In this document: piece after piece, positions 27,547 to 37,760 of the stretch
Layout: every line of letters starts with the position of its first letter
How positions within the stretch are numbered: position 1 is the stretch's first letter
Origin: Planctomycetota bacterium
Lineage (GTDB): Bacteria > Planctomycetota > UBA1135 > UBA2386
DNA length: 64,000 bases
Assembly (NCBI GenBank): GCA_965223545.1
Contig: OZ245006.1
Coordinates: 2,112,001-2,176,000, forward strand
Reading direction: 5' to 3'
The notes under the pieces: model-generated
What the model was told of the DNA's origin: nothing
What the model saw: the letters and a program-made list of their open reading frames with translations, nothing else
Databases searched by the model: none
Program-made: the position numbers and the translations under genes

Positions 27547-28443
27547 CTAGAGACCGTACTTGTCGAGGAGGGCATGAACGCCGGGGATCTCCGAGGGTTC
27601 GACGGCCAGATCCAGCTCCACCACCGTGGGAATTGGCCGCCCGAACCGCCGTCTATAGGCCGCGAGCAGCGGATAGTCTACACCCCCGGCGCCGGGCGGC
27701 AGGTACAGGTCGACGCCGGAGACATCACCTAACGTCATTCCTGACATATTGTTAGCAAACGCCTCCAGCCACGCGCCCTGCTCCGAATCGAGCAGCTCGG
27801 CCCGCCGTGCGGCGAGCGCGGCGTCGTGCCAATAGCGCAACCGCGCGTTGCCGAGGTCCGCGAAGACGTAGGTCAGGGCCTCGGGCTCGCCGAGGCCGAG
27901 CAGACTGCGGCTCGGCGTCAGACAGAACTCCATATCGTCGTGCTGTCGCAAGAGTTCGAACAGCGTGCGACAAACGGAGTCGAGGCCCGCGTCCCGGGCC
28001 ACGTTGCGCCGGGCGAGGAGCGCCGCAGCGGTGTCGCGGTTCCATGCCGCTCCGGCGTCGCCGAGGTCGTCGTGGGGGACGTCGCCGGCCACGCGCACGG
28101 GCCCGGGATCGAGGATCACCCGGCGGCACCCCAGCTGGGCAGCCAATCGCACGGCTGCCGAGATGCGGTCCGCGGCGCTGCCGCGCTCGCCCGAGCTGCG
28201 CGACGCCAAGCTGGCCTCGCCCGCCGCCAGGGGCTGTAGGGCGCTGTCGGCGCGGGTCGCCAGGACCGAGACCGGAAGGTCCCGCATCGCCCGGGCAAGC
28301 CCCCCCCAGTCCACCTGCCGCGGCGCCGGGCCGGCGACCAGCCCGGAGAAACCGCGCTCCAACAGCCAAGTCCAGGCCCGCGACGCCTCCGCCGGGGCGT
28401 GGACGCTGGCCCAGGCCGCGCTCATGAATCGTTGGCTCACCAT
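27547..28443 (-). CDS. Sugar phosphate isomerase/epimerase-like TIM-barrel protein (divergent)
   Basis: AVRLAAQLGCRRVIL, RYWHDA, LPPGAGGVDY, VVEL. Confidence 0.65.
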   Translation of the reverse strand: MVSQRFMSAAWASVHAPAEASRAWTWLLERGFSGLVAGPAPRQVDWGGLARAMRDLPVSVLATRADSALQPLAAGEASLASRSSGERGSAADRISAAVRLAAQLGCRRVILDPGPVRVAGDVPHDDLGDAGAAWNRDTAAALLARRNVARDAGLDSVCRTLFELLRQHDDMEFCLTPSRSLLGLGEPEALTYVFADLGNARLRYWHDAALAARRAELLDSEQGAWLEAFANNMSGMTLGDVSGVDLYLPPGAGGVDYPLLAAYRRRFGRPIPTVVELDLAVEPSEIPGVHALLDKYGL

Positions 28444-28548
28444 CGCACAGTTCGAACGCGGCAGATGGTAGGGTCAAGGCCCGGGTCCTGTGAAGGCGAA
28501 GCGCCCCTCGGCGCGGCCTTCGACTCTCCACCAAAGCCAGCACAAGAA

Positions 28549-30420
28549 ATGCACCTCGCCGCTTCTCCCCGTGCGTTCTCGCTCGCCGTCCTGCTCTGCG
28601 CCACCGCCACGGCGCAGAACGAGTCTCCTCCGGGGACCGCGTCGCCCGCCGAAACATCGCCGGTGCAGAGTGCCGTGCAGCGCCTCGAGGCCAAGCTGGG
28701 CGAGATCGAATCGGCACTCTCCCAGCGCGGCACTCCGGCTGCGCCGACGATCGACGTCGGCGCGCTGCGGCAGCAGTTCGAGCAGCTGACCGCAGACCTC
28801 ACCACCGAACGGCAGGCGCATCAAAAGCTGATCACGGCGCACGAGGAGCTCGCGGTGGAGAGTGCGCGCGCCGCGGAACGCGCCGCGCGCGCCGAGGCCG
28901 AGCTGGCGCAACAGAAGAAGGCGATCGGCCAGCTCGAGGAGCTGCAACAAACCAATCGTCAGCTGCGCGCGGAGTTCACCTCGGCGTCGACCGGGTTCGA
29001 ACAGGCGATGACCGACCTCCACCGCGTGCGCAGCCAACTGCGAGCGGTCGAGGCCGGCCTGGCCGAGGCCCGGGCAACGGCGTCGGATGCCGAGCAGGCA
29101 GCCCAGGAGGCGGACGCCCTGCGCGGCGAGCTGGCCGCCGCGCGCGAAGGTCTGCGCGACGCGCAGGCGCAGCTCGCGGCGCTGGCCGACGTGCGCAGCC
29201 AGCACGCCTCCACCGCACAGGAGCTCGACCAGGCCAAGCGGCGGATCGAGCGCATGACGGCCGAGCACGCCAGTACCCGCCGGGCCCACGAGAAGGCCCT
29301 GGCCGAGATCGAATCGCTCGGTAGCAAGCACCGCCAAGCTCTCAGCGCGAGCGAGGCCGCGGCGGCCGAGCGCGCGCGTGAAGCGGCGCTCGAACATCAA
29401 GAGCAGCTGCGCCAGCACACGGCGCGGACCGAGGCATTGCAGGCCGAGCTGACCAGCTCGCGACGGCAGGCCGAGGAGGCCCGCGTCCGCGCCGCGCAGT
29501 CCGCCACGGCGCTGGCGCAGGCCGAACGACAGCTCGCGCAGCTGCAACGGGCGCACGACACCGCCATCGCCCGCACTACCGCGGCGAGCGAAGAGCTGCG
29601 CGAGCTCGCGACTCATCGCAGCAGCGCGAACGATGAGATCGCGCGCCAGAAGCGCGCACTGCTCGACCGCGACCGGGAGATCGAGTTGTTCCGACGCAAG
29701 GCCGAGCACGCCCGCGAGCTCGACCGGCGCCATCAGGAGTTGCTCGCCGAGCACCAGGAGCTGAAGCAGCGCGCGGCGGCGGCCGCCCAGCGCGTGACCG
29801 ACGCCGAGCAACGCATCGCCGCAGCCGAGCAAACCACCGTCGCCGCCGAAGGCCGCGCGGCCGACGCCGAACGCCGCGCTACCGAGTCCGCCGATGCGCT
29901 GCGCACCCGCGAACGCGAGCTGGCGGCAGCCCGGCAACACGCCCGAGAAGTCGAGGCCGAAAACGATCGACAGCGCAGCGTGCACGGCACCCGCGCCGCG
30001 ATGCGCACCGACGCTCTGCGCGCCGCCGCCGACGCCCGCGACGACCTCGAGGCGGTCCGCGCCGCCCTCGAGTCGTGGCTCTCCCCCGCCCCGACACCGA
30101 CAGACGCGGCCGGAGCGGCCCCCGTGGAAGCCCCCTTCGCGGACGCTTCCTCGGAAGGCTCGTCACCCGACCACGACAGCGCCCCGGGGGCCGCGATCCC
30201 GGCCACCACCGGATCAGTGCAATCCCCGACGCGTGACATCTACATCAACACCCGCGACGGCGACGTCATCCTGCAGCTCGGCTCGGGCACGATCCACCTC
30301 GGCGGTCCCGCGCCGCGGCGCGCAACCCCGGCCCCATCGAGCCAACCCACTCCGGTGCCGCCTGCCCGGCCCGTAATCCAAAGGCTCGAGGCCCGCCCGA
30401 AGGGCAAGATCAACGACTGA
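28549..30420 (+). CDS. Secreted long coiled-coil protein
   Basis: Signal peptide ending ATA-Q; over 450 aa of A/E/R/Q/L heptads; Pro-rich tail. Confidence 0.75.
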   Translation: MHLAASPRAFSLAVLLCATATAQNESPPGTASPAETSPVQSAVQRLEAKLGEIESALSQRGTPAAPTIDVGALRQQFEQLTADLTTERQAHQKLITAHEELAVESARAAERAARAEAELAQQKKAIGQLEELQQTNRQLRAEFTSASTGFEQAMTDLHRVRSQLRAVEAGLAEARATASDAEQAAQEADALRGELAAAREGLRDAQAQLAALADVRSQHASTAQELDQAKRRIERMTAEHASTRRAHEKALAEIESLGSKHRQALSASEAAAAERAREAALEHQEQLRQHTARTEALQAELTSSRRQAEEARVRAAQSATALAQAERQLAQLQRAHDTAIARTTAASEELRELATHRSSANDEIARQKRALLDRDREIELFRRKAEHARELDRRHQELLAEHQELKQRAAAAAQRVTDAEQRIAAAEQTTVAAEGRAADAERRATESADALRTRERELAAARQHAREVEAENDRQRSVHGTRAAMRTDALRAAADARDDLEAVRAALESWLSPAPTPTDAAGAAPVEAPFADASSEGSSPDHDSAPGAAIPATTGSVQSPTRDIYINTRDGDVILQLGSGTIHLGGPAPRRATPAPSSQPTPVPPARPVIQRLEARPKGKIND

Positions 30421-30486
30421 CCGCGGCGCAGCGCGAGTGTCCTCAGGCCGGCACCCTCGCCGTCTCCTTCGAGCTACAATAGCTCG

Positions 30487-31140
30487 GTGGTCGCGCCGCG
30501 CACAACCTACCGGGATCCGTTCGTCGTCCTGCGCCGGCGCATGGTCGCGGAGCAGATTCAGGCGCGGGGTGTGCGCAGCCCCGAGGTCGTCGCGGCTTTG
30601 CGCACGGTCCCGCGGCACGAGTTCGTGCCGTTGGCACTGCGGGACGAGAGCTACGAGGACCACGCGGTGTCGCTCGCTCCCGGCCGCTCGCTGTCGCAGC
30701 CGTACATCGTCGGCGCCATGACCGAGCTCGCAGCCGTGCAGCCGGGTCAGGCGGTGCTCGAAATCGGCACCGGCACCGGCTACCAGGCTGCGGTGCTCGC
30801 AGAGCTGTGTGCGCGCGTCTGGACCATCGACTCCGACCCCGACTACGCCGCCGCGGCGCGGGCGACGTTGACGCGATTGTTCTACCGCAGCGTCGAGGTG
30901 CGGCGGGGCGACGGCCGCGAGGGGATCGCGGACGGAGCACCGTTCGACGCCATCTTGATCACCGCCGCGGTGCGCGAGATCCCGCCGGCGCTGATCGAGC
31001 AGCTCGCCCCCGGCGGACGGCTGGTGGCCCCGATCGGTCCACCGTCCGACACCCAGGTGCTTCAGCTCGTGACCAAGACCGACGACGGACGGATCGTGCA
31101 CCGGGACGTGTTCCCCGTGCGCTTCGTGGCACTCGAATAG
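30487..31140 (+). CDS. pcm: Protein-L-isoaspartate O-methyltransferase
   Basis: VPRHEFV, SQPYIV, VLEIGTGTGYQAA, APFDAI, GGRLVAP, VRFV. Confidence 0.93.
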   Translation: MVAPRTTYRDPFVVLRRRMVAEQIQARGVRSPEVVAALRTVPRHEFVPLALRDESYEDHAVSLAPGRSLSQPYIVGAMTELAAVQPGQAVLEIGTGTGYQAAVLAELCARVWTIDSDPDYAAAARATLTRLFYRSVEVRRGDGREGIADGAPFDAILITAAVREIPPALIEQLAPGGRLVAPIGPPSDTQVLQLVTKTDDGRIVHRDVFPVRFVALE

Positions 31141-31209
31141 AATCGAGCTTTCGGAACGGGGCTTGCGGAATATGAGCCCGGCGCCCGCCGTCCCTGTCCG
31201 AGAGCACTC

Positions 31210-32586
31210 ATGAAGCGTGTCATCCACCTTGTTGCCACCGCCGCACTGCCAACGGCAGCGCTGGCACAGCTCCCCCCCGCGCCGGTCCCCGGCATCTTGC
31301 CGCAGCACGCGCTGTTCTGTCGTGCGCTGCCGATTCCCGACCACGTCGAGCGGCACGAGATCGGCTCCCTCGCGGCCTGGCGCGACCGGCTCTGGGTAGC
31401 GACCATGGTCGAGCAGACCGACGATCGGCCCAGCGCCGACTTGCTGTCGCTCGACCCGAGCTTGTCACTGGCAGCCGCCGGGAACGCGGCCGGAAGCAGC
31501 AGCTCACGTGGCCGACTGCTCCACCTGCCCTCCAATCAGGTCTTCCTGGGCAGCTTCGCGATCGGGGCCACCGGTGCCCCGCGACCGCTACACCGCTTGC
31601 GCGAGCGAAACGTGGCCGCGTTCGCCGAGCATCTGACCAAGCCTACGTCGATGATCTACGCCTTGGCGGTCGACGGCACGCTGCTCACCGTGGACACACA
31701 ATCGCTGCTCGCCACCGAAGTCGCGGACGCGGCCCAGGCGATCGGCATCGCCGCCGAGGACGCTCACTTCACTGCCGCGCATACGGCCGACGGCAAGGTG
31801 TTGCTGGCGCACGCCGGCGCGCCCGACGCGCCCGGCCTGATCGAGTGGGACGGCTCCGCCTTTCGCGTGCTCGAGCACGGCCGGTTCGCCGCGATCGACA
31901 GCGCGGCGACTCCGTCGGGGCGGCGCGCCGTCGTCGCCCTCGGTTGGACATCGGCGGCGGTGGCGCTGCGGGTGCAGCACGGCGGCCAGTGGTTCCGCGG
32001 AACGCTGCCGTCGACCCACGCCCCCGATCCTGGGCAGCCATCGCTGCTGCTGCGCGAAATCGCCGGCGGGACCCATCTGGTCGTGGCCGGCGGGCATTTC
32101 TATCACCTGACGCTGAGCGAAGACGCCACCCCGATGCCGCGCCTGCGCCCCATCGGAAACCACGTGCTCCCCGTGCACGACCTCTGCAGCTACGCCGGCA
32201 TGCTCGCGGTCGCGTTCGGCGGCGTGCGCGCCTCGGCGGGCCAGCCGCAGACCAACCTCTGGCTGGGCCGGGCCGACGACCTCGGCGATCCGGCGCCGTG
32301 CTCGGCGGGGATCTGGCACCGCGCGGACCTCGCCGCCGGGGCGCAGTCCGATCCGGTCTCGCTGACGGGGTTCCAGCCGCAGAGCGTGTTGGTAGCCGCC
32401 GCTGATCAGAGTGGAGTCGTGCACGTCGAGATCGACGCCAGTGGAGCCGGCGACTGGCTGACGTTCGCGACGATGCAGGTGGACGGTGGCGCCACGCTGT
32501 CCTTCCCGGCCGGGTTTGCCGCGCACTGGCTGCGCTTGCGCACCGAAGATGCGCTGACCTTGAGCGCCTGGGTGCATTGTCGCTGA
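31210..32586 (+). CDS. Secreted hypothetical protein, probably beta-rich/propeller
   Basis: Signal peptide ALA-Q; good codon pattern; GQPQTNLW...SDP...FPAGFAAHWLR. Confidence 0.65.
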   Translation: MKRVIHLVATAALPTAALAQLPPAPVPGILPQHALFCRALPIPDHVERHEIGSLAAWRDRLWVATMVEQTDDRPSADLLSLDPSLSLAAAGNAAGSSSSRGRLLHLPSNQVFLGSFAIGATGAPRPLHRLRERNVAAFAEHLTKPTSMIYALAVDGTLLTVDTQSLLATEVADAAQAIGIAAEDAHFTAAHTADGKVLLAHAGAPDAPGLIEWDGSAFRVLEHGRFAAIDSAATPSGRRAVVALGWTSAAVALRVQHGGQWFRGTLPSTHAPDPGQPSLLLREIAGGTHLVVAGGHFYHLTLSEDATPMPRLRPIGNHVLPVHDLCSYAGMLAVAFGGVRASAGQPQTNLWLGRADDLGDPAPCSAGIWHRADLAAGAQSDPVSLTGFQPQSVLVAAADQSGVVHVEIDASGAGDWLTFATMQVDGGATLSFPAGFAAHWLRLRTEDALTLSAWVHCR

Positions 32587-32651
32587 GCCGAGCCTACGCT
32601 GTCGCGTGTGCGACACGCTCGGCCGGCCCCTGACAACCCCGCAGGCGCGCG

Positions 32652-33104
32652 GTGAAGACCGTCGTCCAGCGGGTGGCCCGCGCACGCGTCGACGTCGGTG
32701 ACGACTGCGTCGGTCGCATCGACGCCGGCCTGCTGCTGCTGGTCGGAATCGAACGCGGCGATACCGAAGCGGACGCCGACGCAACCGCGCAGAAGATCGC
32801 CAACCTGCGCTGCTTCCCCGGTCGCACGCCGATGGACCGCACCGTCGCAGAGATCGGTGGCGCCTGCCTGGTGGTCAGCCAGTTCACCCTGGCCGGCTCG
32901 GTGCGCAAGGGCAACCGCCCGAGCTTCACCGACGCCGAAGACCCCGCCGCCGCCGAACGGCTGTACGAGCGCGTCTGCGCGCGGTTGCGCGCCACCGGGC
33001 TGCCGGTCGCCAACGGACGATTCGCGGCCGACATGCAGGTCGAGCTGATCAACGACGGGCCGGTGACCCTGTTGGTGTTCTGCCGCGACGGCCGCGTCGG
33101 CTGA
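32652..33104 (+). CDS. dtd: D-aminoacyl-tRNA deacylase
   Basis: VVQRV, SQFTL, GNRPSF, NDGPVT. Confidence 0.95.
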   Translation: MKTVVQRVARARVDVGDDCVGRIDAGLLLLVGIERGDTEADADATAQKIANLRCFPGRTPMDRTVAEIGGACLVVSQFTLAGSVRKGNRPSFTDAEDPAAAERLYERVCARLRATGLPVANGRFAADMQVELINDGPVTLLVFCRDGRVG

Positions 33105-33130
33105 CAGTTCCCGCGCCGTCGAAGACCCCC

Positions 33131-33979
33131 TCAGCAACCGAAGGTGCGCAGCGTGGAATCCACGCTGCCGACGTAGCTACCGCCGAACAACCGCACGTGC
33201 ACCAGCAATGGGTAGAGGTTGTACAGCTGCCAACGGCGCTCGAACTCCGGCGCGATGGGGCGGCACTCGCGGTAGGCGGCGAAGAAGCGCTCGCCGAAGG
33301 TGTGGAACAGCGTCACGAAGGCAAGCTCGACCTCGGCGTCGGCGTAGTAGATGGCGGGATCCAAGAACGCCGTGACGCGGCCGCCGCGGCTGAGCACATT
33401 GCCCGACCAGACATCGCCGTGCACCAGCGACGGCGTCGGCGCATCATCGATCCAACGCTCCAAGCGACCCGCCAGAGACTCGACGCGCTGCACCATCGCC
33501 GCCGGCAAGCGGCCGGCCTCGCGCGCTTCGTTGGCCATGAACCGCAGCCGTCGCTCGGCGAAGAACTCGCACCAGGACGCCGACCGGTCGTTGGGCTGCC
33601 GCAACCCGCCGATGCGCGTGTCGCGGTGCAAGCCAAATCCGTCGGCCGGCGGCCCAGTCGAGTGCAGCGCCGCCAGCAGTCGGGCGGCGTGCTCTTCCGC
33701 TGCACCCGACGCACCGGTAGTGCCCTCCATCCATTGCATCAACAGGAGATCGGACTCGGCGTGCCACACCCGCGGCACCGGCAACCGGTCCGCGAGCTCG
33801 GCCAACATGAACGCCTCGTCGAGGAGGCCGGCGCTCGCTCGGCGATCGAGCTTGGCGACGCAGCACCGGCCATCGGCCAGCCAGACGCGGCGCACGTCGG
33901 CAACACAACCTCCACCCAGCGCCGCCGAGCGCAGCATACCGACGCCGAGCGCCCGCTCGATTCGCTCGCCCAACCGCAC
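33131..33979 (-). CDS. Fructosamine-3-kinase family (ribulosamine/erythrulosamine kinase)
   Basis: LGGGC, HGDVWSGN, DPAIYY..E.EL, LYNLYPLLVH..LFGGSY. Confidence 0.9.
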   Translation of the reverse strand: MRLGERIERALGVGMLRSAALGGGCVADVRRVWLADGRCCVAKLDRRASAGLLDEAFMLAELADRLPVPRVWHAESDLLLMQWMEGTTGASGAAEEHAARLLAALHSTGPPADGFGLHRDTRIGGLRQPNDRSASWCEFFAERRLRFMANEAREAGRLPAAMVQRVESLAGRLERWIDDAPTPSLVHGDVWSGNVLSRGGRVTAFLDPAIYYADAEVELAFVTLFHTFGERFFAAYRECRPIAPEFERRWQLYNLYPLLVHVRLFGGSYVGSVDSTLRTFGC

Positions 33980-33986
33980 GATGCGA

Positions 33987-34478
33987 TCAGCCGGCAAGGA
34001 ACTCGGCGCGCACGTGGTCGAGGACGGCCCTGGCGCCGATCTCCACCATGTCGAACACGGAGTCGAACCCGCCCGCGCCGCCGTAGTAGGGATCGGGCAC
34101 GTCACCGCGCGGCAGCCGCGGTGAGAAACTGGTGAACTGCCGGATCTTGTGCTGATGCTCCGGCGGCGCGGCGGAGCGCATGACCTGCTCGTGCTCACCC
34201 CCCATCGCGACCAGCAAGTCGAAGCGCACGTAGTCGTCATCGCGCAGCTGGCGCGCGCGCAGCTGCTGCATGGCGATGCCGCGCGCCGCCGCGGTACGCT
34301 GCGTGCGCGGATCCGGAGCCGAGCCCGTGTGGAAGTCGATGGTGCCGGCGGAATCGACCTCGACCCGCGATTGCAGACCGGCCTCCTGCACCATTGCAGC
34401 GAACACGGCCTCCGCGGTCGGCGAGCGGCAGATGTTGCCTGTGCATACGAACAAGACCCGGACAGGGGCAGCGGCCAT
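33987..34478 (-). CDS. Low molecular weight protein-tyrosine phosphatase
   Basis: VCTGNICRS, DSAGT, DPYYG. Confidence 0.95.
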   Translation of the reverse strand: MAAAPVRVLFVCTGNICRSPTAEAVFAAMVQEAGLQSRVEVDSAGTIDFHTGSAPDPRTQRTAAARGIAMQQLRARQLRDDDYVRFDLLVAMGGEHEQVMRSAAPPEHQHKIRQFTSFSPRLPRGDVPDPYYGGAGGFDSVFDMVEIGARAVLDHVRAEFLAG

Positions 34479-34565
34479 GCGCCCCACTTCAGCGCGTGCG
34501 GCTCCCGGACGCCAGACTCCGACGGCGACGGCGACCCACGTGGCGCGTCGCGCCTTCGGGTGCCA

Positions 34566-37500
34566 TCAGTGAAAATCGCGGCTGCCGGAGGTCGCCGGCG
34601 CGGCCACCTGCGGCACCCAAATGTGCCGGGCGATCAAGTGCACGACCTTGTCCTGGCACTGCACGACGCCGCGCACGCCGAGGAACGGCTCCGCCTTGAC
34701 CAACACCGCGAAGCGGTCGAAGACCTTCTCCCAGACCACGACGTTGACGAAACCGGTCTCGTCTTCGAGGGTCATGAACACCACCCCCTTGGCGGTGCCC
34801 GGCCGCTGCCGGCAGATGACCAAACCGGCGTAGCGCGCGCGCGCGCCATCGCGCATGGCGTTGAGAGTGACCGCATCCGGCAAGCCTTGGCCGGTGAGCG
34901 CGGCGCGCAGCGGCTCGAGCGGGTGCGCACGGGGACTGTGCTGGCTGGCTCGATAGTCCCAGGCCACGGTCTCGAGCGGATCGAGCTGGGCGAACTCGGG
35001 CCGGGGCTCGCTCGCCACCAACGGCAACCGCCGGCGCGGCTCACGCGCCACTTCGAGCACCTCCCACAGCGCCTGCCGGCGCCCGGGCTCGAGACCATCG
35101 AGCGCTCCGCACTCGGCCAACGCCGACAGCTGGCGCGCGTCGAGCTGCGCGCGCCGCCGCAGATCCGCGACGTCGGCGAACGCCGCCTGCCGCCGCTCCT
35201 CTTCGAGCCGGCGACCCGCTTCTTCGCCCAGCCCTTTCACATAGCGCAACCCCATGCGCAGCGCCCACCGCCAGCGATGCTTGTGCCCCGGCCGCGGCTC
35301 CAACCCACAGTCCCAGTCACTGCGCAACACGCAGACCGGCCGCACCTCGACGCCGTGCCGCTTGGCGTCCTCGACCAACGTCGCTGGCGCGTAGAAGCCC
35401 ATCGGCTGGGAATTGAGCAGCGCGCAGGTGAACACGTCGAGGTGGTGGCAACGCAGCCATGCCGTGGCGTAGGCGATCAACGCGAAGCTCGCCGCGTGGC
35501 TCTCGGGAAAGCCGTACTCACCGAAACCGCGGATCTGCTCGAACACGCGCTCGGCGAACTCCGCCGCGATCCCCTTCTCCCGCATGCGGCCGACCAGTCG
35601 CTCGCGGTGGCGCTCGATGCGGCCGCTGCGACGCCATGCCGCCATGTCTCGCCGCAGCTGATCGGCCTCCCCCGGCGTGTAGTCGGCGGCGACCATCGCC
35701 AGCTTCATCACCTGCTCCTGGAACAGGGGAACCCCCAGCGTCTTCTCCAGCACCGGCACCAGACAGGGGTGCGCGTAGACGACGTCTTCGGTGCCGTGCC
35801 GGCGGCGCAGGTAGGGATGCACCATGTCCCCGGCGATCGGCCCCGGCCGCACGATGCTGATCTCGATCACCAAGTCGTAGAAGTTGACCGGCCGCAGCCG
35901 CGGCAGCATCGCCATCTGCGCCCGACTCTCGATCTGGAACACGCCGACGGTGTCGCCGCGCCCGATCATCCGGTAGGTGTCGCGGTCCTCCTTCGGGATG
36001 CTGGCCAGGTTCGCATCGAGTCCTTCGTACCGGCGCAGCAGCGCGAGCGCCTTGTCGACCATGGTCAGCGCGCCGAGCCCGAGCAGATCGACCTTGAACA
36101 ACCCCAAGGCCTCGAGGTCGTCCTTGTCCCACTGGATCACGGTGCGGTCCTGCATCGCGCCGTTCTCGATCGGCACCAGCCGACTCACCGGCTCGTGGCC
36201 GAGCAAGAAGCCGCCGGGATGGATCGACAAGTGCCGCGGAAAGTCCTGGATCTCCTCGACCAGCGCGGCGAACCACCGGTGCTCGGTCGCGCCCGCATCC
36301 CACCCGGCCTCGGCCAACGACGGCTCCAGCGCTCCGCCCCACCGCGACGACAGCTTGGCCAAGCGGTCGAGGGAGGTCTCCGGCAACCCCAACACCTTGC
36401 CGACATCGCGGATCGCCGACCGCGTCCGGTAGCGGATCACGTTGGCCACCATCGCTGCGTGGGCGCGGCCGTACTTCGCGTACAGCCACTGGATCACCTC
36501 CTCGCGTCGCTCGTGCGCGATGTCCAGGTCGATGTCCGGTGGCTCGTGCCGCTCGCGCGACAAGAATCGCTCGAACAAGAGATCGATGCGCGCCGGATCC
36601 ACCGCGGTGATGCCGAGGCAGTAGCACACGGCCGAGTTGGCCGCCGAGCCACGCCCCTGGCACAGGATGTCGCGTTCTCGACAGAAGGAGACGATCTCCC
36701 ACATGGTCAAGAAATAGCCCGGGTACTCGAGCTCTTCGATCAAGTCGAGCTCGACCTCGATCTGCGCCGCGATCGCGGCCGGCACCGCGTCGCCGTAGCG
36801 CGCGCGCGCGCCGCGCCGCGCCAGCGTGCGCAGGTGTTGCGCCGACGTGGTGCCGTCGGGCAGCGCCTCGGAAGGGTAGCGGTAGCGCAGCTGCTGCAGG
36901 CCGAACGCGCAGCGCGCGCCGATCTCGAGGGTGCGGTGCACGGCGGCCCGGTCGTCGGCGAAGCGCGCCGCGAACGCGCGCGGCGCGACCAACGCGTGCT
37001 CGGCGTTGGCGCGGGTGAGATCGCCGGCGTCGTGCAAGGAGACGCCATGCCGGATGCACGTCAGCACATCCTGCAGCGGCCGGCGCAACGGCGTGTGGTA
37101 GAGCACCTCGATGGCGGCGGCAACCGGCACCGACAGCCGCCGCGCGCGGGTGCGCAGCGCATGCTCGCGCTCGTGGTCGGCGGCACCGGCGTGGCGCGCG
37201 ACAACGGCGTAGAGGCGATCGTCGAACGCCTCGCGCAGCGGCCGCAGCGACCGCGGCTCGGGCGCCAACGCCAGAAGGCCACGGGCGTGGGCGCAGACGT
37301 CCTCGAGCTGCAGCCAGCACTCCCCCTTCGGCGCCCGGCGCCGCCCCAGGGTCAGCAGCTCGCACAGGTTGCCGTAGCCGTCGCGATCGGTCGCCAGCAG
37401 CAACACGCGGCGGCCGCGCGGCAGGTTGACCTCACTGCCCAGCAACAAACGAACGCCGAGCTCGGCGGCGCGCACGTGCGCGCGCGGCGCGCCGTAGAGG

Positions 37501-37634
37501 CCGTCGCGGTCGGTGATCGCCAGCGTGTCGATGCCGTAGGCATGCGCCTGCTCGACCAGCTCTTCGGGGTGGCTGGCTCCGTGCAAGAACGAGAAGTTGG
37601 TCTTGCACCACAGCGGTACGTAGGCGTCGACCAC
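34566..37634 (-). CDS. dnaE2: Error-prone DNA polymerase DnaE2 (ImuC)
   Basis: [48 protein letters not shown]-terminal SRDFH; GTG start inferred. Confidence 0.96.
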   Translation of the reverse strand: MVDAYVPLWCKTNFSFLHGASHPEELVEQAHAYGIDTLAITDRDGLYGAPRAHVRAAELGVRLLLGSEVNLPRGRRVLLLATDRDGYGNLCELLTLGRRRAPKGECWLQLEDVCAHARGLLALAPEPRSLRPLREAFDDRLYAVVARHAGAADHEREHALRTRARRLSVPVAAAIEVLYHTPLRRPLQDVLTCIRHGVSLHDAGDLTRANAEHALVAPRAFAARFADDRAAVHRTLEIGARCAFGLQQLRYRYPSEALPDGTTSAQHLRTLARRGARARYGDAVPAAIAAQIEVELDLIEELEYPGYFLTMWEIVSFCRERDILCQGRGSAANSAVCYCLGITAVDPARIDLLFERFLSRERHEPPDIDLDIAHERREEVIQWLYAKYGRAHAAMVANVIRYRTRSAIRDVGKVLGLPETSLDRLAKLSSRWGGALEPSLAEAGWDAGATEHRWFAALVEEIQDFPRHLSIHPGGFLLGHEPVSRLVPIENGAMQDRTVIQWDKDDLEALGLFKVDLLGLGALTMVDKALALLRRYEGLDANLASIPKEDRDTYRMIGRGDTVGVFQIESRAQMAMLPRLRPVNFYDLVIEISIVRPGPIAGDMVHPYLRRRHGTEDVVYAHPCLVPVLEKTLGVPLFQEQVMKLAMVAADYTPGEADQLRRDMAAWRRSGRIERHRERLVGRMREKGIAAEFAERVFEQIRGFGEYGFPESHAASFALIAYATAWLRCHHLDVFTCALLNSQPMGFYAPATLVEDAKRHGVEVRPVCVLRSDWDCGLEPRPGHKHRWRWALRMGLRYVKGLGEEAGRRLEEERRQAAFADVADLRRRAQLDARQLSALAECGALDGLEPGRRQALWEVLEVAREPRRRLPLVASEPRPEFAQLDPLETVAWDYRASQHSPRAHPLEPLRAALTGQGLPDAVTLNAMRDGARARYAGLVICRQRPGTAKGVVFMTLEDETGFVNVVVWEKVFDRFAVLVKAEPFLGVRGVVQCQDKVVHLIARHIWVPQVAAPATSGSRDFH

Positions 37635-37640
37635 CGCGAC

Positions 37641-37669
37641 ACGATGGAAGACAAATGTCTTCCACGCAA
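37641..37669 (-). promoter_or_regulatory. dnaE2 promoter with putative LexA box
   Basis: TTGCGT(37669-37664)-N17-CATCGT(37646-37641); palindrome TGGAAGACA-AA-TGTCTTCCA at 37645-37664. Confidence 0.8.
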
Positions 37670-37760
37670 GAACCCTTCCCATCGGCCCGGGCGCAGTGCC
37701 CGACCCGTGCCGGTCACGTTGACAACGCTTGGAGTAGCACATCAAAATCGCCCGGGCCCC

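Noticed and set aside
34149..37760. N-terminal 1200 aa of the 2401-aa ORF, and the matching extension of the dnaE2 ORF to 39647
   Set aside because: Mutual antisense read-through of two divergent genes; real starts are about 37761 (+) and 37634 (-), so there is no fusion
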